64,000 nucleotides of DNA from Atopobium sp. (GTDB lineage: Bacteria > Actinomycetota > Coriobacteriia > Coriobacteriales > Atopobiaceae), in contig JABZHC010000002.1 in the NCBI GenBank assembly GCA_015259035.1, positions 6,833 to 70,832 on the forward strand, in the 5' to 3' direction. The notes beneath the pieces are model-generated. The model was not told the DNA's origin. It did no database searches and was given only the letters and a program-made list of their open reading frames with translations. Within the stretch, counting starts at the first letter, position 1, and every line of letters begins with the position of its first letter. The position numbers and the translations under genes are program-made. Below, piece by piece: positions 1 to 9,238 of the stretch.

Positions 1-16
1 AAAGCTGAAATGCGGT

Positions 17-1459
17 TTACTGAACCTGGCAAATCATAGCAACATTAGTTGAAGTGGTGTAGTCACCAAGACGTGGGCTGGTATGAGGATCGCCAGCAGT
101 CAGAACAACAATATCGCCAGTCTCTACAACGCCAACCTCTTTTGCAACGTTCAGAGCGTTGTACATGGTGTTAGAAAGTGTACCCTGCTCAGAGGTCTTG
201 AATGCATAGACGCCCCAATAGAAGCAAGTGCGACGAACTGCCTCATCGGATGGAGACATTGCATACAGAGGACGCTTTGGACGGAAGTTAGAAACAAGGC
301 GAGCGGTACGGCCAGAGTGTGTTGGGCAGATGATGCACTTTGCGTCAACACGGATTGCCATATCAACTGCAGCAAAGCCAGTAGCGCCGTTGACGTTCTT
401 GAGGCCCTCACGCTGGTGATAGACATCCTTGACTGGCAGGTACTTCTCGGTCTCTTTGCAGATGGAAGCCATAGTCTTTACTGCCTCAACAGGGTACTTA
501 CCAGCTGCGGACTCACCAGAAAGCATGACGCAGTCAGTGCCGTCGTAGATTGCGTTAGCAACGTCGGTAACCTCTGCACGGGTTGGGCGAGGGTTACGAA
601 TCATAGAATCAAGCATCTGAGTTGCGGTAATAACAGGCTTGTAGGCATCGTTGCACTTCTTGATGACAGTCTTCTGGATGTGAGGAACCTCAGCTGCAGG
701 AACCTCAACACCAAGGTCACCACGGGCAACCATGATGCCGTTAGAAGCTGCAAGAATCTCGTCAAAGTTCTTTACGCCAAGAGCAGACTCAATCTTAGGG
801 AAGATCTGTACGTTAGGAGTGCCCATCTCACGGCAGATGTTACGAATCTCCTCAACTGCAGCGCCATCACGGATGAAGGAAGCAGCAATTGCGTCAATAC
901 CAAGCTCGCAACCAAACATGATGTCTGCGCGGTCCTGCTCAGTAACGGAAGGAAGGCCAATGTTGACGTTAGGAACGTTTACGCCCTTCTTCTCGCCAAG
1001 CTCACCGCCGTTGATGATCTTGCAGTGCATGTCGGTGCCCTCAACGTGATCAACCTCAAGACCAATGAGGCCGTCATCAATAAGGATGATAGAGCCCTTC
1101 TTGACCTCTTTTGGAAGATTCTTGTAGTCAAGCGAGAAGCGCTGAGCGTTGCCGATGACGTCATCATCGGTGGTTACAATGACGGACTCACCAGTAGTAA
1201 GGGTGACCTTCTTGCCATCCTCGAGAAGACCGGTGCGAACTTCAGGACCCTTTGTATCAAGCATGATAGCAATAGGAATACCAAGCTCATCAGAGATAGA
1301 ACGAACGCGACCAATCATAGTGCGGTGATACTCATGGCTACCGTGCGAGAAGTTAAAACGTGCGACGTTCATGCCAGCAAGAATGAGCTCACGAAGGACC
1401 TCATCACTTTCTGTAGCAGGACCCATAGTACAAACAATCTTGGTCTTTTTGCGAGCCAT
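17..1459 (-). CDS. pyk: Pyruvate kinase
   Basis: KTKIVCTMGP, ARFNFSHG, DTKGPEVRT, KIES, MVARGDLGVE, ATQMLDSM, MLSGESA motifs. Start set at MARKK (ATG 1459) with AAGGAG RBS upstream. Confidence 0.97.
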   Translation of the reverse strand: MARKKTKIVCTMGPATESDEVLRELILAGMNVARFNFSHGSHEYHRTMIGRVRSISDELGIPIAIMLDTKGPEVRTGLLEDGKKVTLTTGESVIVTTDDDVIGNAQRFSLDYKNLPKEVKKGSIILIDDGLIGLEVDHVEGTDMHCKIINGGELGEKKGVNVPNVNIGLPSVTEQDRADIMFGCELGIDAIAASFIRDGAAVEEIRNICREMGTPNVQIFPKIESALGVKNFDEILAASNGIMVARGDLGVEVPAAEVPHIQKTVIKKCNDAYKPVITATQMLDSMIRNPRPTRAEVTDVANAIYDGTDCVMLSGESAAGKYPVEAVKTMASICKETEKYLPVKDVYHQREGLKNVNGATGFAAVDMAIRVDAKCIICPTHSGRTARLVSNFRPKRPLYAMSPSDEAVRRTCFYWGVYAFKTSEQGTLSNTMYNALNVAKEVGVVETGDIVVLTAGDPHTSPRLGDYTTSTNVAMICQVQ

Positions 1460-1538
1460 ATCTCTCCTTTTCATAGGAATTGAAATCACATTCGGTTATC
1501 AATAGTAACCGTTTTCAGAGTGTTTGTTTCTCTGGTAC

Positions 1539-2543
1539 TTAGCAAACCACACTTTTATCAATGTAATCAGTACCCTCAGCAAAAGCAGTTGCGTTATCTA
1601 GCGTAACCTGAGCAATCTGAGAAAGTGCCTCATGAGTAAAGAACGCCTGGTGACTTGTCATGACAACGTTAGGGAAAGAGCAAAGCGTAGAGGTAACTGA
1701 ATCAAAGACCTCAGCGCCGCGGTCCTTATAGACGTTTGGATTTTCTTCTTCATAAACGTCAAGACCACAAGCACCAATTTTGCCAGAAAGAATGCCGCGA
1801 ATAAGAGCATTGGTATCAATAAGTCCACCGCGACCAGTATTAACGAGGATAACGCCATCTTTCATCTTTCCGATGGTCTTATCGTTAATCATGTGGTAGC
1901 TTTCGTCATTCAAGAAAGCGTGGAGTGAAATAAAGTCCGAACGCTCCCAAAGCTCATCGTAGCTGACATACTCATCAACAACATGCTCGTCATTGACAAG
2001 GCTCATGTTTGGATACAGGTCTGCACCAAGAACATGCATACCAAAGCCTTTACAAATGCGGCAGAGTGCAGCGCCAATGCGACCAGTGCCTACAATACCT
2101 GCAGTTTTGCCGTGAAGGGTATCGCCAACAAGACCAACAAGTGAGAAGTTATTCTCGCGAATTCTGATGTAGCCACGGTGAATACGACGGTTAGCAGCAA
2201 GCGCAAGACCCATTGCGTGCTCTGCGATTGCTTCAGGGGAGTAAGCAGGTACGCGCGTAACCGTAATACCAAGGTCTTTAGCAGCGTTAACATCAACAGC
2301 ATCAAAACCAGCGCAGCGCATAAGTAGAAGCTTAACGTCAAAGCCGGCAAGAATCTCAAGAGTCAGGATTGAAGCATCTGCATTAACAAAAGCGCAGACA
2401 GCGTCATAACCCTTAGCAAAGCCTGCGGTCATAGGCGTAAGGTTTGACTCGATGTAGTCAATTGAAACATCTGGATACTTTGGAAGCTCAAGGTTAAAGG
2501 AATCCTTGTCGTAACTTTGAGCACCATAAAACAGGATTTTCAT
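1539..2543 (-). CDS. ldhA: D-lactate dehydrogenase (D-2-hydroxyacid dehydrogenase family)
   Basis: RCAGFD, RVPAYSPEAIAEHA, GIVGTGRIG (NAD binding), NTGRG, LDVYEEE, TSHQAFFT. AGGAGG RBS. Confidence 0.9.
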   Translation of the reverse strand: MKILFYGAQSYDKDSFNLELPKYPDVSIDYIESNLTPMTAGFAKGYDAVCAFVNADASILTLEILAGFDVKLLLMRCAGFDAVDVNAAKDLGITVTRVPAYSPEAIAEHAMGLALAANRRIHRGYIRIRENNFSLVGLVGDTLHGKTAGIVGTGRIGAALCRICKGFGMHVLGADLYPNMSLVNDEHVVDEYVSYDELWERSDFISLHAFLNDESYHMINDKTIGKMKDGVILVNTGRGGLIDTNALIRGILSGKIGACGLDVYEEENPNVYKDRGAEVFDSVTSTLCSFPNVVMTSHQAFFTHEALSQIAQVTLDNATAFAEGTDYIDKSVVC

Positions 2544-2697
2544 AACTGCCTCCTTGCTAAAACTAACGTTTGGCTTATGTTGTTATGTTCTGCGTTTATT
2601 GTACCCCTTGGATAACAATTATTCGCCGCATAACAGGAGTTTTAAGAAATATTTATGAGGTTTAAAAAAACAAAGAATACGGTAAAATGATAGAGCA

Positions 2698-2820
2698 TTG
2701 TAAGGTCCTATGATAGGACGTTGTAAGGTCCTGACACGGCAACCTTGGTGAGCCCTTGCCCCTTCTCCTGGGGAATTATGATCGGGCATCAATCTGTCAG
2801 GTAGAAACCCAGGAGGAACA
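2698..2820 (+). promoter_or_regulatory. Structured 5' leader of the P-type ATPase with an anti-Shine-Dalgarno pairing (candidate cis-regulatory RNA)
   Basis: TTCTCCTGGG (2763-2772) is complementary to CCCAGGAGGA (2808-2817), which contains the RBS. CCTGACA (2730-2736) pairs with TGTCAGG (2795-2801). Direct repeat TTGTAAGGTCCT at 2698 and 2721. Confidence 0.4.
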
Positions 2821-5505
2821 TTGCAAGAGTATCTTTCAAGTGCGGCTGATGTTATCAGCGCACAAAAAACTGATGCTGAAGCTGGCCTTTCTGATGCAGA
2901 AGCAGCTTCGCGTCTTGAGGCCCACGGTCTTAATAAGCTCAAAGAAGCGCCAAAAGAATCAATTATTAAAAGATTCTTTGCACAGATGGCTGATCCTATG
3001 GTCATCATGCTTCTTGTCGCTGCTGCGATTTCTGCTGCTGAAGGCATTTATACCGGAGAAGGCGGAATTGCAGACGTTGTAATTATTCTGTTTGTTGTTG
3101 TCATCAATTCCGTTCTTGGTGTTGTCCAGGAAGGCAAAGCCGAGGAAGCTCTTGCTGCTCTGCAAGAGATGAGCGCAGCTCAGAGCAAGGTTATGAGAGA
3201 CGGTCGTCTTGAGACGGTTGCCTCAACCGAGCTTGTTGTGGGCGATATTATTCTGCTTGAGGCGGGTGACTCTGTCCCAGCTGATTGTCGCATTCTTGAG
3301 AGCGCTTCTATGAAGGTAGAGGAGTCGGCGCTCACAGGTGAATCAGTTCCTGTCGAGAAACACGCTGAGACCCTCAGCCTTGCTGAAGACACCGATGACA
3401 TTCCTTTGGGTGACCGAAAGAATATGTGCTACTCCGGATCTATTGTGGTCTATGGACGCGGTCGTGCAGTTGTTGTTGCAACCGGCATGGACACCGAGAT
3501 GGGCAAGATTGCAGATGCAATTTCTCAGGCAGAAGAGGGGCAGACTCCACTTCAGATTGCGCTTGATAAGCTTTCACATACACTTACCATTCTTGTTGTT
3601 GTCATCTCACTGCTTGTTTTTGCAACAGGCTTTATTAAGCATGGCACTGAGATGCTCGGCAATTTTGACCTTATATTGAGCACCTTTATGGTTGCAGTAT
3701 CTCTTGCAGTTGCTGCAATCCCTGAGGGCCTTGTTGCTGTTGTTACCATTGTTCTTTCTATGGGCGTTACTAGAATGAGCGAACGCCACGCTATTGTCCG
3801 CCGTCTTACTGCAGTTGAGACTCTTGGTTGTACTCAGGTTATCTGCTCTGATAAGACTGGTACTCTGACCCAAAACAAGATGACTGTTGTTCGTCATGAG
3901 ACAGAAAATCTTGACGCACATGTACGTACCATGGCACTGTGCTCAGACGCTACCTGGGACGATGCGGAGCAGGTTGCAAAGGGTGAGCCAACCGAAGCTG
4001 CTCTTGTTGCAGACGCTGCAAAACTTGGATATACCACAAGTGATTTAGCTTCTTCTCGCCCTCGTATTGGCGAGGCACCCTTTGATTCTTCTCGTAAGAT
4101 GATGTCTGTTGTGGTGCGTACCCGCTCTGGCAAGGTTGTACAGCACACCAAGGGCGCGCCTGATGAGGTACTTGCTCGCTGCACCAAGATTATGACAAGC
4201 GATGGCATTATTGACCTCACCGATGAGGCTCGCTCTGAGATTTTGGCTCAGAACAAGTCTATGGCTGACCAAGCACTTCGCGTTATGGCATCTGCCCGTC
4301 GTGATTGGGGAACAGAAGCTCCAGAGAGCTATGATCCAGCTAACCTTGAGCATGACATGGTCTTTGTTGGACTTTCAGGCATGATTGACCCAGTTCGTCC
4401 TGAGGTTAAGGGTGCTGTTGCTGAGGCTCATGAAGCTGGTATGCGTACCGTTATGATTACGGGCGACCACATTGATACAGCCGTTGCTATTGCAATTGAG
4501 CTGGGCATTATTACTGATCGCTCTCAAGCAATCACTGGCGCACAGCTTGATAAGATTTCTGATGAAGAATTTGAGCAGCGCATTGAGACAATTGGCGTTT
4601 ATGCACGCGTTCAGCCTGAGCACAAGGTTCGCATTGTTGATACCTGGCGCAAGAAGGGCATGGTTACAGCCATGACGGGCGACGGCGTTAACGATGCGCC
4701 TTCCATTAAGCGCGCTGATATTGGTATTGGTATGGGTATTACTGGTACCGACGTTACCAAGGGCGTTGCAGATATGGTTCTGGCTGACGATAACTTTGCC
4801 ACCATCATTAGCGCCTGCGAAGAGGGAAGACGCATCTACGACAACATTCGTAAGTGCATCCAGTTCCTCTTGAGTTCCAACCTTGCTGAGGTCATTTCCG
4901 TCTTTATTGCGTCCCTGGTCGGCTTTACTATCCTTCAACCTACCCACCTTCTGTGGATTAACCTAATCACCGACTCTCTGCCAGCTCTTGCTATGGCTAC
5001 CGAGAAGGCTGAGCCAGGTATTATGAAGCGTAAGCCTCGTAACCCTAAGGACGGCATCTTTGCAGGTGGCGTTGGTTTTGACTGTCTTGTTCAGGGCTCT
5101 ATCATTGCTCTTCTTACCCTTGCCAGCTATTTCATTGGCCATTACTTTGAGTATGGAACCTTTGATATCTCACAGGTTATTACTAACCCAGAGGCTGGCG
5201 TTGAGGGTATGACCATGGCATTCTTGACGCTTTCTATGGTTGAGATGTTCCACTCCTTTAACATGCGTTCTCTGCGTGGTTCTATCTTTAAGCTAACCAG
5301 CCAAAACATTTGGCTGTGGGGTTCTTTTGTTATGTCTTTGATTCTCACCTTTGTGGTAATTGAGACACCACTTTCTCAGGCGTTTGGCTTTGCTGAGATT
5401 GGTTTTGAAGAGTACGCCATGGCAATGCTTTTAGCTGCATCTATTATTCCTCTGATGGAGCTGTACAAGGCTGTTATGCGTTCTGTGCAGAAAAACAAAG
5501 CATAA
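2821..5505 (+). CDS. Cation-transporting P-type ATPase (P2A, Ca2+-type)
   Basis: TGES, PEGL, DKTGTLT, KGAP, TGD and GDGVNDAP motifs with about 10 TM segments. TTG start after AGGAGG. Confidence 0.93.
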   Translation: MQEYLSSAADVISAQKTDAEAGLSDAEAASRLEAHGLNKLKEAPKESIIKRFFAQMADPMVIMLLVAAAISAAEGIYTGEGGIADVVIILFVVVINSVLGVVQEGKAEEALAALQEMSAAQSKVMRDGRLETVASTELVVGDIILLEAGDSVPADCRILESASMKVEESALTGESVPVEKHAETLSLAEDTDDIPLGDRKNMCYSGSIVVYGRGRAVVVATGMDTEMGKIADAISQAEEGQTPLQIALDKLSHTLTILVVVISLLVFATGFIKHGTEMLGNFDLILSTFMVAVSLAVAAIPEGLVAVVTIVLSMGVTRMSERHAIVRRLTAVETLGCTQVICSDKTGTLTQNKMTVVRHETENLDAHVRTMALCSDATWDDAEQVAKGEPTEAALVADAAKLGYTTSDLASSRPRIGEAPFDSSRKMMSVVVRTRSGKVVQHTKGAPDEVLARCTKIMTSDGIIDLTDEARSEILAQNKSMADQALRVMASARRDWGTEAPESYDPANLEHDMVFVGLSGMIDPVRPEVKGAVAEAHEAGMRTVMITGDHIDTAVAIAIELGIITDRSQAITGAQLDKISDEEFEQRIETIGVYARVQPEHKVRIVDTWRKKGMVTAMTGDGVNDAPSIKRADIGIGMGITGTDVTKGVADMVLADDNFATIISACEEGRRIYDNIRKCIQFLLSSNLAEVISVFIASLVGFTILQPTHLLWINLITDSLPALAMATEKAEPGIMKRKPRNPKDGIFAGGVGFDCLVQGSIIALLTLASYFIGHYFEYGTFDISQVITNPEAGVEGMTMAFLTLSMVEMFHSFNMRSLRGSIFKLTSQNIWLWGSFVMSLILTFVVIETPLSQAFGFAEIGFEEYAMAMLLAASIIPLMELYKAVMRSVQKNKA

Positions 5506-5519
5506 GGTAGGGAGCACTC

Positions 5520-6704
5520 TTGTCCGCTAAGCGTACAAAAAGTTCCAAAAAACTAGGAGCCGGCAGGACTCAAGGGTCTCTGCCGGCCCTTTCTTCATTG
5601 CTGGACGTTCCAGCGTTTGAGCAGCTGACTCCATCGTCGGCCCAGATACAAGCTTATACAGACGTCGTATTTGAGCTTGAAGCTCAAGGGGTTTCTCGCC
5701 AGACGATGACCATGGCCTGCGTGGTCCGCTTGGATAGGGGATTTCCTGCGGTTGTGTCAGAGCAGGGAGTGTTTCGTGCCGAGTTTGCTGCGCGCGTGAC
5801 CAAGGGCCAGAACTCCACGGTAGCCGTTGGTGATTGGGTGTGTGCTCGCATTCCGGACTCGCACGATATGGGCATCATTGAGGCTGTTCTGCCGCGAGAG
5901 ACCGATATTGCTCGCTGGAAGGGCGGTGCTCGTGGTCAAAAACAGACCTTGGCCGCAAACGTTGATCTTGTGCTTGTAGTGCAGGCTTTGGACGGAGAGG
6001 CTATCTCGGTAGATCGCATTGTGCGCTCAGCAGTTATTTCCAAGGACTGCGGTGCTACTTGTGCCGTGGTACTCACTAAATCAGATGTAGCGGGACCAGA
6101 GCTTTTGGCTCAAGAGATTTCTTCTATCACCGCAGCTCTTGGCTCTACGGTAAAGATTGTTGCCACAGCTTCAAAGCTTGAGGGCGAGAAAACCGATGCA
6201 CTTGCAGATCTTGCTCAGACCGCTCAAAAGCTTGGAGCTGCGTGGGGAATTGATGCTGTTCGTAGCCTTGTTCCTTATGGTTCCATAGCTATTGTGCTTG
6301 GCGAATCAGGCGCTGGTAAATCGACGCTTCTTAACGCACTTTTGGGACATGAGGCACTTGAAACAGGAGAAGTTCGCGAATCTGATAAGGCTGGCCGTCA
6401 TACAACGGTTGCTCGTCGCATGGTAGCGCTTCCTAATGCTGGTGTTATTGTGGATGAGCCAGGGCTCAGAAGCTTGCCTATTGTGGGCCATGAGAGGGGA
6501 TTGCAGAAGATATTTCCACACATCTCTGAAGCTGCTCAGACGTGTAAATTTAGGGATTGCACCCATACTCACGAGCCAGGATGTAGCGTTCAAGACGCCC
6601 TGCATGAGGGCAAGATTACAGAACCCCAGTTAAAAGCTTATTTGTCTTTGGCAAAAGAAATGCGAGAAAGCCAGCAATCGCTTGACCCCGATGTTGTGCT
6701 TTAA
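5520..6704 (+). CDS. rsgA: Ribosome small subunit-dependent GTPase A
   Basis: AVGDWV OB-fold, circularly permuted GTPase (TKSD, GESGAGKST, GRHTT, DEPG), C-terminal CKFRDCTHTHEPGC zinc site. Confidence 0.93.
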   Translation: MSAKRTKSSKKLGAGRTQGSLPALSSLLDVPAFEQLTPSSAQIQAYTDVVFELEAQGVSRQTMTMACVVRLDRGFPAVVSEQGVFRAEFAARVTKGQNSTVAVGDWVCARIPDSHDMGIIEAVLPRETDIARWKGGARGQKQTLAANVDLVLVVQALDGEAISVDRIVRSAVISKDCGATCAVVLTKSDVAGPELLAQEISSITAALGSTVKIVATASKLEGEKTDALADLAQTAQKLGAAWGIDAVRSLVPYGSIAIVLGESGAGKSTLLNALLGHEALETGEVRESDKAGRHTTVARRMVALPNAGVIVDEPGLRSLPIVGHERGLQKIFPHISEAAQTCKFRDCTHTHEPGCSVQDALHEGKITEPQLKAYLSLAKEMRESQQSLDPDVVL

Positions 6705-6726
6705 GTTTTGACAGCGTAAATCTTTT

Positions 6727-6755
6727 AAGCACCCTGGCTTGTCTAGGGTGTTTTT
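6727..6755 (+). terminator. Intrinsic terminator after rsgA
   Basis: GCACCCT...AGGGTGT stem followed by a T run. Confidence 0.7.
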
Positions 6756-7112
6756 CGCTAAACTAGCAGGAAATATGCTATATTGAGACCAATGAGGGTT
6801 GGTCCTGCCTAGCTAATTAGGGGGGGGTCAGCCCTCGTTTTATATGTCAATGAAATCACTCAGAAAATCAATCATTACAATTTCTGAAAAATGTAGCAGC
6901 TATGATTTTCTAAAAATTTTTATATATCAAATTAGATAAAAATTTAAATTACCCATTTTTCATTGCGTCGCTGCAGCCTGTGGATACATTACTTTGTGTC
7001 AGATTTGCGTCAGCTATCTAACATATTTGTGCAGGTAAATCTTTTGTTTTTGTCTTCCTTCTCTCAACCCGAGCGCACAATCGGTATATCGCAAATGGAG
7101 GGAGGACAAAAA

Positions 7113-7940
7113 GTGACTAAGAAAACAAGAATTTTGATTTCTGTGTTGAGTGCACTTCTAGCTAGTTTTTGTTTCTTTGCATATGTACAAAGTGTTCGTG
7201 CAGATGCAGAGAAATCACGAGCAGAAGCAATACAAAAATACGGCGGAGAACTTACTTCAATTTTGGTGGCCACAAAACAAATAGAGCCCGGAGAAACTCT
7301 CTCATCTTCTAATACACAGGTAAAAAGCTGGATTTCTGATCTAATTCCCGAGGGTGCAATTACTAATCCAGAAAGTGTTATGGGTCGAACGGTTTCATCT
7401 GTTATTGGAGTTGGCATGCCTGTTGTTTCTCTTCATCTGCGATCAGTCGCATCTCAGATTTCTATTCCAGAAAATCTTGTTGGTCTCACTATTTCTCATG
7501 GCGAGAAGTACGGATTAGCTGAGAGGCTTAGTGCTGGTACAAAACTTGCAGCGTATGAGGTCACCGATTCTCTTATTACCTGTATTGCCTCGGATATTGC
7601 GGTATTGTCAGATGATACCGAGGGTACTCTTTACACCTCTTCTTCTGTAACGCTTGGATTAACTCCTGAACAGGTTCCTGCTGTGCTTTCTGCATATGCT
7701 CGAGGAACACTCCGCTTTACTCTTCCGGGATCAAAGATTAATGCTCAGGACTTACTACACAACAATTCTTACGTTGAAGAAGAAAACCCAAAAGATTTAT
7801 CAGACACGACAAATCAATCAAGCCCATCATCTGCAAGTGAAGATGTGCAGCCAGAGAACCCTGTTTCTCCAACAGCCGACCAAAACAGCAACAGTGCGTC
7901 GCAAGCAGATTCGTCTACTAATCCAGGAGGTGAAGCGTGA
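7113..7940 (+). CDS. cpaB: Flp pilus assembly protein CpaB/RcpC-like (SAF domain)
   Basis: N-terminal TM, then SAF-like LVATKQIEPGETLS...PEGA..GR and a disordered S/N/Q tail. First gene of the tad cluster. GTG start after GGAGG. Confidence 0.75.
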   Translation: MTKKTRILISVLSALLASFCFFAYVQSVRADAEKSRAEAIQKYGGELTSILVATKQIEPGETLSSSNTQVKSWISDLIPEGAITNPESVMGRTVSSVIGVGMPVVSLHLRSVASQISIPENLVGLTISHGEKYGLAERLSAGTKLAAYEVTDSLITCIASDIAVLSDDTEGTLYTSSSVTLGLTPEQVPAVLSAYARGTLRFTLPGSKINAQDLLHNNSYVEEENPKDLSDTTNQSSPSSASEDVQPENPVSPTADQNSNSASQADSSTNPGGEA

Positions 7941-9238
7941 TGTTAGAAAAGTGGATCTCATACGTAGGTCTTGACGCACGCGTCGAGATTGGAGCCATTC
8001 TTACGTACTTAGGTATTAGTAATAGGTGTGAGTTTACAGATTCGGCAGCATCTCTTAGATCAATTGTTGCTTGTTCAACTCCTCAAGATTATTCAGTCTT
8101 AATTGGCAATACTGGCTCCGATGTTTCGGATATAAATCTAGCGGCTGCAATTGTTAAAGATGGAAATGCTCGTTGTGTAGTGCTGGTAAGGTCTGGCGCT
8201 TCTGGATCACTTCGTTCTAGAGCAGCTAAGGCTGGAGTTGATTTAGTAATTGACCCTATGGAATTAGGGGATCTGGTAAAGGTTGGAAGAGGATATCAAT
8301 CATATGGGGCTGACAGGCTTTCTCAGCCTTTACCAGAAGCTTCAGATTATGTTGCCAGTATCCAAGAGTTAAATACCTATCTACAATCCCTTATTCCTCT
8401 TGATAAGACTCTAAAAGCTCCAATCCTTACGTTCACTTCAGGAAGAGGGGGAGTGGGAAAGACTACGCTTGTTTCCTCAATGGCGCTACTTGCTTCTTCT
8501 TGGGGTTTAAAAGTTGCAGTAGTTGATTTTGACCTGTCTTATGGAAATGCTTTTGAGAAACTTGGAATTAGGCAGCCAAAAGACTTCTCTGATCTTGTTG
8601 CTGATGTACCTTCAGAAAAAGAGAGTCTTCTAGAAAAAGCAACCTGTGTCCATAAAAATTTGTATCTTTTTGGTCCTTGTGTAAAACCTGAAATGGCAGA
8701 GCTTCTATTTCCTTGCGTGAGTCATTTTCTCCAAGCTGTTTCTGGTTTGGTTGATTTGGTGCTCGTAGACACTACGACGGCATCAACAGATTGCTATGCT
8801 CAGGCAGCACAATGCGCGGATAGGCTGGTTATTGTTTCAGAGAACCCTCTTACATGCATTAACTCTTTAGCAAAAGTCAGTGGACTTGCAGTGCGTCTTG
8901 GAGTGGCAAGAACTCGCATTATCCGACTTGAAAATAAAGCAAATCCAAGGGTTAAACAGGACTTTTCTGTTGGAAAAGCAGAAGTTGGTCTTGAAGCTGC
9001 AAAGATGTTTAGGATTTTTGAAGGCGGACCAGGGTTTCAAGAGCTTATTCAGCAAGGAAAGCTTTCTGTGCTGTTGCAAGAGGAAACTTCATTTACACAG
9101 TCGGTTTCTTTTGTACTTGCGCATTTCCTTAATGAGTTAGGCATTTTGCCCCAGCTGCGCGAGGCTCAAATTGCCCTGCAAGCAACTCCTGAGAAAAAGC
9201 CATTTAGTTTGTTTAACAGGAAGAAGGAAGTGGGTTAA
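7937..9238 (+). CDS. cpaE: CpaE/TadZ-like MinD/ParA-family ATPase with receiver-like N-terminus
   Basis: Deviant Walker A SGRGGVGKTT, VVDFDL, VLVDT. Position between cpaB and cpaF. Confidence 0.75.
   Translation: MMLEKWISYVGLDARVEIGAILTYLGISNRCEFTDSAASLRSIVACSTPQDYSVLIGNTGSDVSDINLAAAIVKDGNARCVVLVRSGASGSLRSRAAKAGVDLVIDPMELGDLVKVGRGYQSYGADRLSQPLPEASDYVASIQELNTYLQSLIPLDKTLKAPILTFTSGRGGVGKTTLVSSMALLASSWGLKVAVVDFDLSYGNAFEKLGIRQPKDFSDLVADVPSEKESLLEKATCVHKNLYLFGPCVKPEMAELLFPCVSHFLQAVSGLVDLVLVDTTTASTDCYAQAAQCADRLVIVSENPLTCINSLAKVSGLAVRLGVARTRIIRLENKANPRVKQDFSVGKAEVGLEAAKMFRIFEGGPGFQELIQQGKLSVLLQEETSFTQSVSFVLAHFLNELGILPQLREAQIALQATPEKKPFSLFNRKKEVG

Noticed and set aside
83..1483. 466-aa ORF antisense to pyk
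   Set aside because: In-register shadow of a strongly codon-biased gene, with no recognisable motifs or RBS.
2640..2820. yybP-ykoY or M-box riboswitch call for the ATPase leader
   Set aside because: Conserved cores of these families were not recognisable, so it is kept only as an unclassified candidate.
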